From a virus, in IMG/VR virus record IMGVR_UViG_3300037467_000284, positions 1 through 64,000 of that record: a stretch of 64,000 bases of DNA; one strand, 5' to 3'. Positions 8,126 through 15,785 of this stretch are shown one piece after another; the first letter of the stretch is position 1; each line of letters starts with the position of its first letter. Made by a program: the position numbers and the translations under genes. The notes beneath the pieces were generated by a model that was given only the letters and a program-made list of their open reading frames with translations, was not told the DNA's origin and did not search any database.

Positions 8126-8569
8126 GTTGCCTCCTAAAATAAAAATTTTGAGAATGGGCAGCATACCACATTTCCTCGGGTAGCGAGAGGGTTGCTTAAC
8201 GGCCCTTACCTGCCTGAAACATGCCTCTCTGGCTTGCCAGAAATATCCATAGGGCCATTTCTCAGGAGAGATGAGGGAACATACCGGGACAGGCCCAGTG
8301 GGCTCAGAAGGCCGCTATTCGGCTCCTATAGCCTGTGTACAAATTGCTGACGTTCGTTACCATTGTGTACAGCGTCTATACCAGTGTGGATAACATAAGC
8401 TAGACCATAGGCCGAGAAAGCCTCTAGGACCGCATAGGAGAGGCTACAAGGCCCGAACATTGACCTGTCTATGGTTTGACTAGGCCATAGGCCAGAATGA
8501 TCCTGTAGAGCCTCTGGCTCTGGCTGAGCTAGGACACGGACAAATGTCCGTACAGTGCAACAAATGTTT

Positions 8570-8601
8570 GTTTCACGTGAAACACAAGCGCCACAGGCGC
8601 A
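8570..8601 (+). repeat. 32-bp perfect direct repeat, copy 1
   Basis: GTTTCACGTGAAACACAAGCGCCACAGGCGCA. It contains the 14-bp palindrome GTTTCACGTGAAAC and the hairpin GCGCC-ACA-GGCGC. Confidence 0.9.
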
Positions 8602-8689
8602 GAATTCCTGCTAAGAAAGAAGAGTTAAAGAACGTTCGACGGCTTAACCAGCCGCCCCCGATCTGTTTGTAGACACATAACTTTTGAAC

Positions 8690-8721
8690 GTTTCACGTGA
8701 AACACAAGCGCCACAGGCGCA
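8690..8721 (+). repeat. 32-bp perfect direct repeat, copy 2
   Basis: Identical to 8570-8601 and exactly 120 bp downstream. Confidence 0.9.
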
Positions 8722-8954
8722 TTAACATCAAGGGCCATAGGCCCATAACAATCCGCCCGCCTCTGTTATCAGACATAGGGATATGACCATACTGAGCCAT
8801 TGGCTCAGGTGATCAGGTGATATAACGCCATAGGCGATGCCATATAACGTGCCATAGGCACAAAGCCGTTTCAGCCGTTGGCTATATAGCCTTATTCTTT
8901 GCCATAGGCAACTAACATTGTCAATTTTAGAATGTTTCCTCTAGTGCAAAATGG

Positions 8955-8983
8955 TTGACTTTTGGCAAGGTGTATGCTACCCT
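8955..8983 (+). promoter_or_regulatory. candidate sigma70-type promoter inside the hairpin tract
   Basis: TTGACT (8955-8960), 17 nt, TACCCT (8978-8983), the same -10 as promoter 32390-32418. It would transcribe hairpins 8993-9195 toward the hairpin at 9500-9517. Confidence 0.35.
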
Positions 8984-9490
8984 AACCCACGAGTGCCATA
9001 GCACGAGTGGTAATAGAAAGCAAGTACTATTTAGTTATATAGTGCCGTAGGCACAAAACATATGTTATGAGCCTATGGCTCTATACGTATGGTCCCGTAG
9101 GGACAGAGGAACGACTCCCGTATAGGGGAGTCGATAGGGGGAGAGGGATTTGATAGGCCATAGGCCAAGTAGATAGTGTTATGTGCCTATGGCACTAGAG
9201 GGACTGGAGAGACGTTCCACCGGGCAGGATGGCGGGACAATCCTAAAGGGATAATCATGCATTCAGTATGCACGTTTGAATAGAGGCGTTTAGAGCCGTT
9301 TATTTTGATGAGTTGGTATGAGGGTAGCCTAGCACTTGCGTTCGTGCCTTTGTAGCGCCTCTGGTGCGGTCTGAGAGGCATTGGCACATATTCCGCTAGC
9401 CCTGCTATCCAAGGGTATGCCAAAGGACAGGCTATTCCCTGTGTTACTTGAGGACTACTTTAGTAATACTTGAGTTGTCAAGTATTGCAT

Positions 9491-9520
9491 AAATAAAAAG
9501 GCCCGAATTAACGGGCCTTT
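9491..9520 (-). terminator. rho-independent terminator ending the AT-rich leftward operon
   Basis: GGCCCG-AATTAA-CGGGCC (9500-9517). On the minus strand it is followed by TTTTTATTTAT. It lies just after the stop of gene 9523-9756. Confidence 0.75.
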
Positions 9521-9522
9521 GC

Positions 9523-9756
9523 CTATCCACCTTTCGACCATCTGCCGCGTGATTTGTCGTCATACGCTGCTATCAATTCCCTCATTTCCCATATTCCCCA
9601 TGCTTGAGGGAATTCTATCAATTCGACAATTGCGCCTGTAGGGCTGAAAGAGGCGAATTGATAAACTGGCGTGTCCCTGTTGTCGATAGCGTAAATCTGT
9701 GCGCTCACAGCTCCGCTACCACTGTAATTCATCAGCCGTTGCACCAAGCGAGACAT
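9523..9756 (-). CDS. hypothetical protein
   Basis: 77 aa with an AGGAA RBS. It is the last gene of the leftward operon. Confidence 0.6.
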   Translation of the reverse strand: MSRLVQRLMNYSGSGAVSAQIYAIDNRDTPVYQFASFSPTGAIVELIEFPQAWGIWEMRELIAAYDDKSRGRWSKGG

Positions 9757-9771
9757 TTCATTTTCCTTTCG

Positions 9772-9927
9772 CTATGCATCAGGGTGTTTTGAATTCAGAA
9801 CGTCAAGAGCCAGCCGCATAAACCGCGCAGCATGTTCTACTGTCATGCCATTATGCTCTGCCCATTTCTCGATGGTGAGGTAGTTATTGACGTAATCGAG
9901 ATACGCCTTAATCAGAATGTCGCGCAT
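9772..9927 (-). CDS. hypothetical protein (51 aa)
   Basis: Found manually in the gap between track ORFs. Product MRDILIKAYLDYVNNYLTIEKWAEHNGMTVEHAARFMRLALDVLNSKHPDA. Tightly spaced with its neighbours. Confidence 0.45.
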   Translation of the reverse strand: MRDILIKAYLDYVNNYLTIEKWAEHNGMTVEHAARFMRLALDVLNSKHPDA

Positions 9928-9932
9928 GATGT

Positions 9933-10175
9933 TTAATCCTCTAACTCGTATTCATAAAGTGAAAACGGCAATGCTTCGCCATTGTCAGCCCGTTTCAAAT
10001 CGTACAGAGGCATATTGCCCATAGTTTCATCGTAGCCGGGATGAAAACCGTTCGGCTTACCTTTGGCGAAGAATTCAGCCGCTGGCATGTATTTGGTGGC
10101 TTTGGACGTTACGATTAATTCGACATCACGCCACTGTTCGCCGTAGTTTTGTATTGCGTCTTCTGTCATTTTCAT
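9933..10175 (-). CDS. hypothetical protein
   Basis: 80 aa. Its start overlaps the stop of the upstream gene (ATGA). Confidence 0.6.
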   Translation of the reverse strand: MKMTEDAIQNYGEQWRDVELIVTSKATKYMPAAEFFAKGKPNGFHPGYDETMGNMPLYDLKRADNGEALPFSLYEYELED

Positions 10176-10375
10176 TACTTGCCCCTTTCGGCTAGTTTAT
10201 TTGCGATGGTTTGTAATGCAATATGGTCCGTGTCGTTTTGATTCCCGTTCCTGTAGCGCCTCAAACAAGCTTTGTCATCGATTGACAGGGACGCCAGCTT
10301 TTCAGCATCGAGAATGGCACTCATATAAAACGCTTTGCCGAGTGCGATGTTTTCGAGTTTCTTTGAGAGTTTCAT
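10175..10375 (-). CDS. hypothetical protein
   Basis: 66 aa with a GGGGCAATAATG-type RBS context. Confidence 0.55.
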   Translation of the reverse strand: MKLSKKLENIALGKAFYMSAILDAEKLASLSIDDKACLRRYRNGNQNDTDHIALQTIANKLAERGK

Positions 10376-10390
10376 TATTGCCCCAGTCTT

Positions 10391-10561
10391 TTAGCGGCTG
10401 GCCGGAATTCCGGCTTTACGTGCTTTAGTAATTGCGATCTGTGCGGCACGGTAGGATTTAAAGCGCTTGCCGTGGAAATGCCCGGTGTCGTCCGTTACAT
10501 AGCATTCCGACTTGTTGCAATAGCCGTTGATATACATGCCGTTATAGTAATGCGTGAACAT
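10391..10561 (-). CDS. hypothetical protein (56 aa)
   Basis: Found manually. AAGGAA RBS. Product MFTHYYNGMYINGYCNKSECYVTDDTGHFHGKRFKSYRAAQIAITKARKAGIPASR. Confidence 0.45.
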   Translation of the reverse strand: MFTHYYNGMYINGYCNKSECYVTDDTGHFHGKRFKSYRAAQIAITKARKAGIPASR

Positions 10562-10597
10562 AGTTTGTTCCTTTGGTCAGTGGTTAGAACATCTGTT

Positions 10598-10620
10598 AAT
10601 GCCCTACTTGGTAAGGCATT
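10598..10620 (-). repeat. intercistronic stem-loop family, copy 1
   Basis: Plus strand AATGCC-11 nt-GGCATT followed by GGCTG. It lies between the stop at 10631 and the start at 10561. Confidence 0.7.
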
Positions 10621-10630
10621 GGCTGAGGCT

Positions 10631-10969
10631 CTATTTACGCGGGTACAGGTCGAATGATCCTAGCAATTTATCCTCTCGTCCAAGCTTTGCGATTTCTTCG
10701 CATTGCTCGAATGAATACAGGGCGGATTCGTCGCCGTTTGGCGATATAACGCGGAAGTGCTGGCCGACTTCGATAATCTTGTAATCGTCATGGTTGGCGA
10801 ACAAATCCCTGCCAGCATTGATTGCCGCATTGCCTTGATTGCGGTTTTTCAAGTTGAGCATTGCCGTTATGTTGCCGTCGCCATACTCGCCACTTGCATA
10901 AAGCCGGAATGCCTCCCGGCATACGGATTCGCCATACTTGGCAATTGCCCGTTTCGTGTTTTGGTTCAT
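10631..10969 (-). CDS. hypothetical protein
   Basis: 112 aa with an RBS present. Confidence 0.6.
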   Translation of the reverse strand: MNQNTKRAIAKYGESVCREAFRLYASGEYGDGNITAMLNLKNRNQGNAAINAGRDLFANHDDYKIIEVGQHFRVISPNGDESALYSFEQCEEIAKLGREDKLLGSFDLYPRK

Positions 10970-10972
10970 TTC

Positions 10973-11302
10973 TTATTTCCTTTTCTTTTCAAGTAGCATC
11001 GTTGCCCCGAATTTAATTACCGTATCTTCAGGGTTCCATTCGTAATGCGGTTTGCTGATGACACCATTAATCGAGCGCGATTGCGAATAGTAAAGTTGAT
11101 CCGTCTCGGCGTCCAACACTTCCGCATATGTTGCCCCGTATTTGTTGATTTGCAGATTGCGCATGACGTTTAAGCCAGCTTCGAACAAATCACTTCCGTG
11201 ATTCGTTTTGACAATCTCACCGTTAAACACGTAACGAGTTTTAAGCTTGACTGGTGCATCTTTGGACCGACCAGAGTTCATTACGATTTTCTTGACTTGC
11301 AT
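10973..11302 (-). CDS. hypothetical protein
   Basis: 109 aa with an AAGGGGAAA RBS. Confidence 0.6.
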   Translation of the reverse strand: MQVKKIVMNSGRSKDAPVKLKTRYVFNGEIVKTNHGSDLFEAGLNVMRNLQINKYGATYAEVLDAETDQLYYSQSRSINGVISKPHYEWNPEDTVIKFGATMLLEKKRK

Positions 11303-11346
11303 CTATATTTCCCCTTGGATGATTTGAATAACTCGGCTAAGCCGTC

Positions 11347-11374
11347 AATGAGCACTCGTTATTGAATGCTCATT
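11347..11374 (-). repeat. intercistronic stem-loop family, copy 2
   Basis: Plus strand AATGAGCA-12 nt-TGCTCATT followed by AGCTG. It lies between the stop at 11381 and the start at 11302. Confidence 0.7.
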
Positions 11375-11380
11375 AGCTGG

Positions 11381-11758
11381 TTAGCGTTCCCGCGTTTCCC
11401 ACGCATTACGGGCCAATGGCTCGATATTATTGGCTTTGCAGTTTGCGGAATATGTTGCATATTCCAAGTCAACGAAATCGCCAATTGACCGCGTGAATAC
11501 ATTTGTTCGCAGTGCGTGCAAATACGCTGGCAACAACTCTTGTTCAGTTGCCGTGAGAGTCCAAAGCAGTGATAAGGGCGTTGAACCGTTGTGTTTGAAG
11601 AATTGCCACGCAACGTATCCACGCCTAGCGCATTCGTCATAAGCCGTTTCCAAATGCGCTGCATTGTCGGCATTAGGGTTTAGTTCGAGCTGGGCACGTT
11701 CCCCGGTGGCTGCGGTATATTCGCCTTTTGATGAGCGATTGAAGAATTGAGCATACAT
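11381..11758 (-). CDS. hypothetical protein
   Basis: 125 aa with an RBS present. Confidence 0.6.
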   Translation of the reverse strand: MYAQFFNRSSKGEYTAATGERAQLELNPNADNAAHLETAYDECARRGYVAWQFFKHNGSTPLSLLWTLTATEQELLPAYLHALRTNVFTRSIGDFVDLEYATYSANCKANNIEPLARNAWETRER

Positions 11759-11773
11759 TTTGATTTTTCCTTT

Positions 11774-11980
11774 TCAGAGTGGTACATAACGCTTTGCTGC
11801 CCTACGTGCGCCACTATAGCTTTTCCACGTCCTTACGTCGCCTCCTGTGGTGCGCAAATAGCCGTATTGCGTGCCGATGACGATATATTCATATTCATCA
11901 GCTTTAACGCGAAACTTAGCCACAGTGGGCGACTTAGGCTCTCGGCAACGTGAGTCAATACCATTCTCAAAGACAATCAT
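11774..11980 (-). CDS. hypothetical protein
   Basis: 68 aa with a GGAGGAACAA RBS. Confidence 0.55.
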   Translation of the reverse strand: MIVFENGIDSRCREPKSPTVAKFRVKADEYEYIVIGTQYGYLRTTGGDVRTWKSYSGARRAAKRYVPL

Positions 11981-12009
11981 TTGTTCCTCCGTTTAAAAGT
12001 TAATCCGTT

Positions 12010-12035
12010 AATGCCCACCTTTAATAATGGGCATT
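12010..12035 (-). repeat. intercistronic stem-loop family, copy 3
   Basis: Plus strand AATGCCCA-10 nt-TGGGCATT followed by GGCTG. It lies between the stop at 12048 and the start at 11980. Confidence 0.7.
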
Positions 12036-12047
12036 GGCTGATTAGCT

Positions 12048-12542
12048 TCAATTGTTATAGAAGTAATGCCCATTCGATTCGAAAAACGAATGGCTCAAAT
12101 CCCCGTTCCAATAGTGCTCCCAATCGATATAAGCAAACATTGGGTGACTTTCCTCAATCAAGCCAGTCTCTATTGCCCACTCTTCCGCAAAGTCTTTGCC
12201 GGAGTCGTATTTGCCTCTGTAATTGTCGCGTGCTGTTGCGAAATCACATTCACCGCAATTGGCAATATACGCTGCCCACATTTCCCGGTCATCTTCCTCC
12301 AATGCGGCAAGCTCAAAAGCTTTTTCGTTAATCGATGATTCGCTGATCAGAGCGTCCGGAATGTCTTCCCAATCTTGGAACATGAATTCAGGGTCAGATT
12401 CGTCCGCGTGAATTTCACGGCATTTTTCGTAGAATTCGTCTTTATCGTTGAAGTCTTCCAAATCAAGCCACTCACCTTTCAAGCTGCCTGAATTGTATTT
12501 GGCATAAGTGCCAACATAAACACGCATAGTGTCATTCGCCAT
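12048..12542 (-). CDS. ardA: ArdA-family anti-restriction protein
   Basis: 164 aa and very acidic. RVYVGTYAKYNSGSLKGEWLDLEDF... and the C-terminal ...AYIDWEHYWNGDLSHSFFESNGHYF match the ArdA (type I R-M inhibitor, DNA mimic) pattern. Confidence 0.8.
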   Translation of the reverse strand: MANDTMRVYVGTYAKYNSGSLKGEWLDLEDFNDKDEFYEKCREIHADESDPEFMFQDWEDIPDALISESSINEKAFELAALEEDDREMWAAYIANCGECDFATARDNYRGKYDSGKDFAEEWAIETGLIEESHPMFAYIDWEHYWNGDLSHSFFESNGHYFYNN

Positions 12543-12556
12543 TTTAAATCCCCTTG

Positions 12557-12862
12557 TTAGCTGAAGTATTGCCCGATGATGACGGAATCAAACGAGTCAT
12601 CAGCCCATTTCAACAAGATGCCGGAAAATGCGGAATCACTGTAATAGCCGTTCCACCCTTTGAACCATTCCGTTTCTGGACATTGCATAAATTCCCCGAT
12701 GTCGTAAAGCTGGCCCTTGAAACGGAAGAACTGCCGGTTATCGTTTCCGGAATCGATTGCCTGCCAGTTGATGTAATCGAATTCCTTACGTTCTTTTTCG
12801 GTTAGCTGGTATGCGTCAATAACTAGGCGCGGCACATTATTAGTGCGGACAGTGATAGCCAT
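12557..12862 (-). CDS. hypothetical protein
   Basis: 101 aa. Its start overlaps the upstream stop (ATGA-type). Confidence 0.6.
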   Translation of the reverse strand: MAITVRTNNVPRLVIDAYQLTEKERKEFDYINWQAIDSGNDNRQFFRFKGQLYDIGEFMQCPETEWFKGWNGYYSDSAFSGILLKWADDSFDSVIIGQYFS

Positions 12863-13185
12863 TATTGCCCCTTAGTGAATTTAAATTCGTGTTTGATTAC
12901 CTGTTTTATTTCGATGCCGTAATGCGTCAAAAACGCCCCGTATGCACTAGCTAGCTTTTGCCATGCATCCGCATCATCCGGGATACCAAGCAACTCTAAA
13001 CGCTTGTCTATCGCCTTCTCGTAACATCGGGGCATATCTTCAGGATTCGCACCAATATCTGTTTGTTCGCCATTACCAGTGACACGGATAATGTACGAAT
13101 TGGCGTTTTGAGCGTGTTTCTTGAAGTAGATGCCATATGGCGCACCACTGGCACGCAAAAGCTTAACCTGAGTTGTTTTAGTCAT
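12862..13185 (-). CDS. hypothetical protein
   Basis: ATG at 13185 preceded by AAGGA. The longer track ORF to 13290 runs through the intercistronic hairpin. Confidence 0.55.
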   Translation of the reverse strand: MTKTTQVKLLRASGAPYGIYFKKHAQNANSYIIRVTGNGEQTDIGANPEDMPRCYEKAIDKRLELLGIPDDADAWQKLASAYGAFLTHYGIEIKQVIKHEFKFTKGQ

Positions 13186-13214
13186 ACCTGTGCATCCTTC
13201 TAAGTAAATCCGAC

Positions 13215-13237
13215 AATGCCTAGACCAGCTAGGCATT
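13215..13237 (-). repeat. intercistronic stem-loop family, copy 4
   Basis: Plus strand AATGCCTAG-5 nt-CTAGGCATT followed by AGCTG. It lies between the stop at 13244 and the start at 13185. Confidence 0.7.
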
Positions 13238-13243
13238 AGCTGA

Positions 13244-13573
13244 TTAACTCTCAGCGTAGCTCTTAACAGCCCATTCGATATACGGGGCAACCCCTAAGCC
13301 GTGCAAGCCGTATCCGATGGCATCGCCAATGTATGCGATGCATTCGCTTTCGGCGTGACCAAGCCACTTTGAGATGACCACGCCGGTAACGGCTACTATG
13401 GTTCCAGTGGCGAGCCTGTAATAAAGCGGATGATCGTGACCGAACATCAGATTGCACAACGGATGCATGATATTCAGCCTGATCAGGACACGCTTGATAA
13501 CGCCCGGCTTTTTGGCATGGATAGTTGCCAGCTTGTTTTTGCCTTTCAATGGTGCGTTCGTGTGGCGAAACAT
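13244..13573 (-). CDS. hypothetical membrane protein
   Basis: 109 aa with hydrophobic central segments and an RBS present. Confidence 0.55.
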   Translation of the reverse strand: MFRHTNAPLKGKNKLATIHAKKPGVIKRVLIRLNIMHPLCNLMFGHDHPLYYRLATGTIVAVTGVVISKWLGHAESECIAYIGDAIGYGLHGLGVAPYIEWAVKSYAES

Positions 13574-13608
13574 TTTTATTATTCCCCTTGGTAATTTTGG
13601 TTTAGGTT

Positions 13609-14022
13609 TTATACAAAAACTTCGATTGCGGGCACAACATCCTCATGTGCAACAGCTCCGGCCAGAATTGCATCACGTTCGCGTTTCGCAATGAACGCTT
13701 TGCGAGTGATGCCGAGACTTACAGGCACGCTATCAGGACCATATACGGCGATGTTTGCTGGCGCATCCCATTCAAAGCCAACCGTTGCGATATACGGTGC
13801 ATCCGGGTCAACATCGGCTTTTGCGGCAGCGTAGCTATCGTACAAGTCGCCGGGATGGGCATTCAGCGTTCCCGGCTTGCCGGTGCGATGATAATAGCCC
13901 TGCTCGTAAATGTTCATGTAGCTAATGCGCTTTGCTTTAGCTGGAGTGCCAAACACGCGAACGGCAGCGAAGAGGCGCGCGAACAGATTACGGATGATGA
14001 TTGCTTTGATAAAGTTTTTCAT
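13609..14022 (-). CDS. hypothetical protein with N-terminal signal/anchor-like segment
   Basis: 137 aa. The N-terminus MKNFIKAIIIRNLFARLFAAVRVFG is hydrophobic. Confidence 0.55.
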   Translation of the reverse strand: MKNFIKAIIIRNLFARLFAAVRVFGTPAKAKRISYMNIYEQGYYHRTGKPGTLNAHPGDLYDSYAAAKADVDPDAPYIATVGFEWDAPANIAVYGPDSVPVSLGITRKAFIAKRERDAILAGAVAHEDVVPAIEVFV

Positions 14023-14047
14023 TTTTATTCCTCTTGGTATTAGTTAT

Positions 14048-14497
14048 TTATTGGATGAAGGTGTCAATACTGAATTTGCCGCTACCTGAAAAAACGCTAA
14101 CGAATAGCAATGCCATCAAAAGAATCTCAGGCAAGAAAAGCCAATTCGTTGCCCGGTCAAGCGTGTTGAAATTGCTTCGGGCATTTACCTTACGCGGGCC
14201 AGTCGTCACTGTGGCGACTATACAAACGATTATCAGCACGGCAGCGTGGAACGCAGTGAGAAAACCAATTGCATAGGCTAATCCACCGAAGCATTCCCAA
14301 AAAGCTACCCACCAGCAAAAGAAACTCACGAACGGAATTTGACATCCCGTTAAGCTGGCTATCAGGTTTTTATGTCCCTGATTTGTGAACAGCTTATTGA
14401 ATCCGGACATTGCGAAAAATACGCCAACAATAAAACGCGGGATGAAAAGCGCAATGTCATTTGCCGGAATCCCTTGCGTGACAAGCAAAAGCAACAT
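14048..14497 (-). CDS. DoxX-like integral membrane protein
   Basis: ATG at 14497 after GGAGG. It has four hydrophobic helices. IPRFIVGVFFAMSGFNKLF resembles the DoxX N-terminal motif. The family call is from memory. Confidence 0.5.
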   Translation of the reverse strand: MLLLLVTQGIPANDIALFIPRFIVGVFFAMSGFNKLFTNQGHKNLIASLTGCQIPFVSFFCWWVAFWECFGGLAYAIGFLTAFHAAVLIIVCIVATVTTGPRKVNARSNFNTLDRATNWLFLPEILLMALLFVSVFSGSGKFSIDTFIQ

Positions 14498-14501
14498 TTG
14501 T

Positions 14502-15053
14502 CTATGCCTCCATAGGCTCACGGATGAGGCGCAGAACGGCGAATTGCGTCTCAGTGTCGAAACGGGCAATGTATGCCGGTAATTGGGAAACAACCCACTC
14601 CAATTGATTTTCCGGGAATTGCCCGTTATTGCCTTTTGCATACAGGCTTTGCCCAATGGTGTCGGCGTACATGAGCAATGCTTCAAGCGATGTTTGCCCG
14701 AAAAATTCTTGCACTTCCCGCACGTGGATTGCACCAATGGCGATTTCCTCAGCCGTGCTAAACCCTTTGTTCAGGACGCAGTGCAAAACATCGTGCCAGA
14801 AACGAAATGCCCAGTTTGCACCAGCATTCGTGTAAATCGTGTTTTCACTTGCACCACGCCACACAGGCAGCGCGTGCCCGGTGGATTTGGACGCGTTCCA
14901 AGCCGTTTTAAGCTCGTTGAAATCATCCGGAGCTGCCGCTACATCAATGTAGCCAAAGCCGATTTTCTTTGCGATTTCGTCAGCTTTGCGGATGGCGAAT
15001 TGAGACAGGTTAATGCGTGCGGCTTCGATGTTTCGGATATGGGCAAAAGTCAT
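14502..15053 (-). CDS. hypothetical protein
   Basis: 183 aa with an RBS present. Confidence 0.6.
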   Translation of the reverse strand: MTFAHIRNIEAARINLSQFAIRKADEIAKKIGFGYIDVAAAPDDFNELKTAWNASKSTGHALPVWRGASENTIYTNAGANWAFRFWHDVLHCVLNKGFSTAEEIAIGAIHVREVQEFFGQTSLEALLMYADTIGQSLYAKGNNGQFPENQLEWVVSQLPAYIARFDTETQFAVLRLIREPMEA

Positions 15054-15112
15054 TTTTATTGTTCCAATCTTGTTTAGGTTTTAGTCTCATCAGCGCACGC
15101 ATTACGTGCGGA

Positions 15113-15134
15113 CAAAAGACCGGCTAGGCCGGTC
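15113..15134 (-). terminator. internal terminator/attenuator hairpin in the leftward operon
   Basis: GACCGGC-TAG-GCCGGTC. On the minus strand it is followed by TTTTG. A second hairpin, CGCACG-CATTA-CGTGCG, lies just downstream. Confidence 0.5.
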
Positions 15135-15149
15135 CATTGTTTCGACTTG

Positions 15150-15404
15150 TTACGGATTGCGGAAACCCTCATGGTTTTCCTTTTCCATTTCTTCCAGCGT
15201 TTGAATCTTTGGCGCGAATTCCACTTTTTCACCGCACAATGAATAATGCGTCACGCTGATTTCGAATCCTTCAGACTTTGGAAACCGTTTAACGAAGTCT
15301 TCATAAACGGTTTTCATTGCATCACGCGTGGCTTGATTGAAACTACGCTCATGCGTGGCAAAGTAGTGTTTTCCGTGTTTTGAGACGTTGATTTCGTAGT
15401 ACAT
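15150..15404 (-). CDS. hypothetical protein
   Basis: ATG at 15404 preceded by AAGGGGAAA. The longer track form has no RBS. Confidence 0.55.
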   Translation of the reverse strand: MYYEINVSKHGKHYFATHERSFNQATRDAMKTVYEDFVKRFPKSEGFEISVTHYSLCGEKVEFAPKIQTLEEMEKENHEGFRNP

Positions 15405-15478
15405 GATTATTTCCCCTTGCGAATGATTTTGGAAAGAGCGGCACGGAAAGCGGCACGCTGTTGTTTTACAGACATTTA

Positions 15479-15673
15479 TTAATCCCCTTTTTGATATAAA
15501 ACCCAAATGCCAAACATTACCATCAGCAAAAAGATAATGTCAGTTGCGGCGCAGATGTACAGCAAATCACTTTGCACTTTGCCGTAGAAACCTATGCCGA
15601 TTGCCCCGTTAAAAACAATTCCAACAATCGAAAACAAAATCGTCAGAATTGCCAAGAAATTTTTTACTTTCAT
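15479..15673 (-). CDS. small membrane protein
   Basis: 64 aa with two hydrophobic helices. Confidence 0.55.
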   Translation of the reverse strand: MKVKNFLAILTILFSIVGIVFNGAIGIGFYGKVQSDLLYICAATDIIFLLMVMFGIWVLYQKGD

Positions 15674-15785
15674 TTAGTCCCCTTAGAAATAGGCTTTGAT
15701 CATCACGTAGATATCGATTCCAGCAAAAAGAACCGCAATGCCGAGCATGTAATACCCGGCTTTGCGCTCTTCCCTGTCCCTGATT

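Larger units (their letters stand above)
7834..9367. repeat. array of about 25 short GC-stem, tri-loop inverted repeats (core GCC-ATA-GGC or GCC-TAT-GGC)
   Basis: Hairpins start at 7834, 7856, 8293, 8311, 8483, 8508, 8536, 8588, 8708, 8732, 8793, 8826, 8849, 8873, 8900, 8993, 9042, 9069, 9092, 9112, 9156, 9183 and 9355. CCATAGG occurs 8 times and CCTATGG 3 times. Confidence 0.85.

Noticed and set aside
7834-9367. CRISPR array as an explanation for the repeated short palindromes
   Set aside because: The repeated units are only 11-16 bp and differ in sequence. There is no constant repeat of 24-40 bp alternating with unique spacers. No cas genes or leader are present.
9187-9423. 78-aa minus-strand ORF inside the hairpin tract
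   Set aside because: It has no RBS. It lies downstream of the operon terminator at 9500-9517 and runs through several hairpins. The amino-acid composition is unremarkable, so I treat it as non-coding.
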